Of a DNA stretch of 64,000 bases, positions 62,901 through 64,000 are shown piece by piece. The DNA is from Takakia lepidozioides (taxonomy: Eukaryota; Plantae; Bryophyta): NCBI GenBank assembly GCA_030704615.1, contig CM060733.1, forward strand, positions 70,742,001-70,806,000. The letters run 5' to 3'. Each line of letters begins with the position of its first letter. The first letter of the stretch is position 1. The position numbers and the translations under genes were made by a program. The notes under the pieces are model-generated. The model saw only the letters and a list, made by a program, of their open reading frames with translations. It was not told the DNA's origin and ran no database searches.

Positions 62901-64000
62901 TCACAGTTGATTGCTGTGATGCCCTAGCTTGAGAATCTTGCTCTTTCTCTCTCACTTTATTAGTACGACCTATCAAACATGCAAAACCTATCCTTCCATT
63001 GCCAATCATTTCATCTAATCATGCTAAACATTTCATTCATTCATATCTGTCAGTTGCTGAGTGGCTCCGTGAAAGTTTGGTCCTGTGAAGAAGTTATGGA
63101 CGTCACCCGGCCTTTGCCTAGTGTGCATGCCCAACAAAGTGAGCACTGGGAGACTAAAAGGACGACAGACATTGCTGTCATTATGGTCATAATGCTTCAC
63201 TGAGCACATGAGTTTCTGGGGCAATTTTGTAAGGTTATAAAGGCTAGAAACCTAGAGGGATGTAGAAGCTGATTAAAAATGCCAGCGCTTTATTCCTCTT
63301 TCACTCTGTGGCAAATCCCAACACAACGTAGATCATGTTGCCCTTGACAAATCTTTGTAGCAAACTGGGTTGCCTTCGGATCTGACAGGTTAAAGCCTAT
63401 CCAACAATACAGCTATCATGACCAGCCCAAGTGCTGATTACCTGTTAACTTGCCTTTGTAAATGCCAATACAGGCCAAGTAATTGCAAGACAGACAAGGC
63501 AGGAAGACGGAGTCATAGACAGAACATCTTGCATTTACATCCAATGTCTCATTTCAGAAGAGCCTCAATCGCTTCAAAGAATAAGGGAGCCATCTCAGGG
63601 GTTGGTGTCTTGACAGCACACTTGACACTCGGGTAACCTACCACACAGCTAAGCTCAACAAGGAAGGGAATGTTGGGGGGAACCTTGCCAGAGAGATAGA
63701 GCACCTGAACCAAAGCCAACAGTATACAAGTCAAATAGGTCACAAAGTTTCCTATTTGCTCAGGCATTTCTCTGTTACAGGGGGCCTGAAAATGGCAGCC
63801 ACGGTGAATAGTTGTGCTTTGAGGACTCAACTGTCCAATCAAAGCCTATTAAACCTCCAACTCTTGTATGCCGAAATGCAAGTTTGGAGAAACCACACCA
63901 ACTCAACTCAACTCAACTCAAGGTTATTACTATTCAAGGGCAATCAACACTACCCCGCTTTCCAAGTCTGCTAGTCTAAACTCTACCTGAAGAACCCAAG

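Noticed and set aside
58900-64000. Possible host gene or hAT remnant
   Set aside because: Only short ORFs without recognisable domains or a consistent exon chain.

Overview
Repeat-dense, gene-poor eukaryotic DNA, most likely from a non-seed land plant (PLS-class PPR fragments, TTTAGGG repeats, Galadriel- and Athila-like LTR retrotransposons); I cannot name the species. The left half (1-33 kb) holds three nested or rearranged copies of one chromodomain-bearing Ty3/Gypsy family, a LINE remnant, Athila-like remnants, a ~1 kb higher-order satellite and a hairpin array. The right half is a decayed cluster of genes fusing OSB-type PDF motifs to PPR repeats. The key object is a complete 12.1 kb Mutator-like DNA transposon (38285-50381) inserted in that cluster, with 20-bp TIRs and an 8-bp target-site duplication (CCTAGGAA). 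It carries a GCM/DDE/SWIM transposase and, head-to-head with it, an intron-rich ~1400-aa gene that fuses a ParB/Srx-like domain to a beta-class (N4C/N6A) DNA amino-methyltransferase fold. The element also carries arrays of one CGGCGCCG-centred palindrome. Both genes are damaged in this copy. All domain calls come from recognising motifs by eye, not from database searches.
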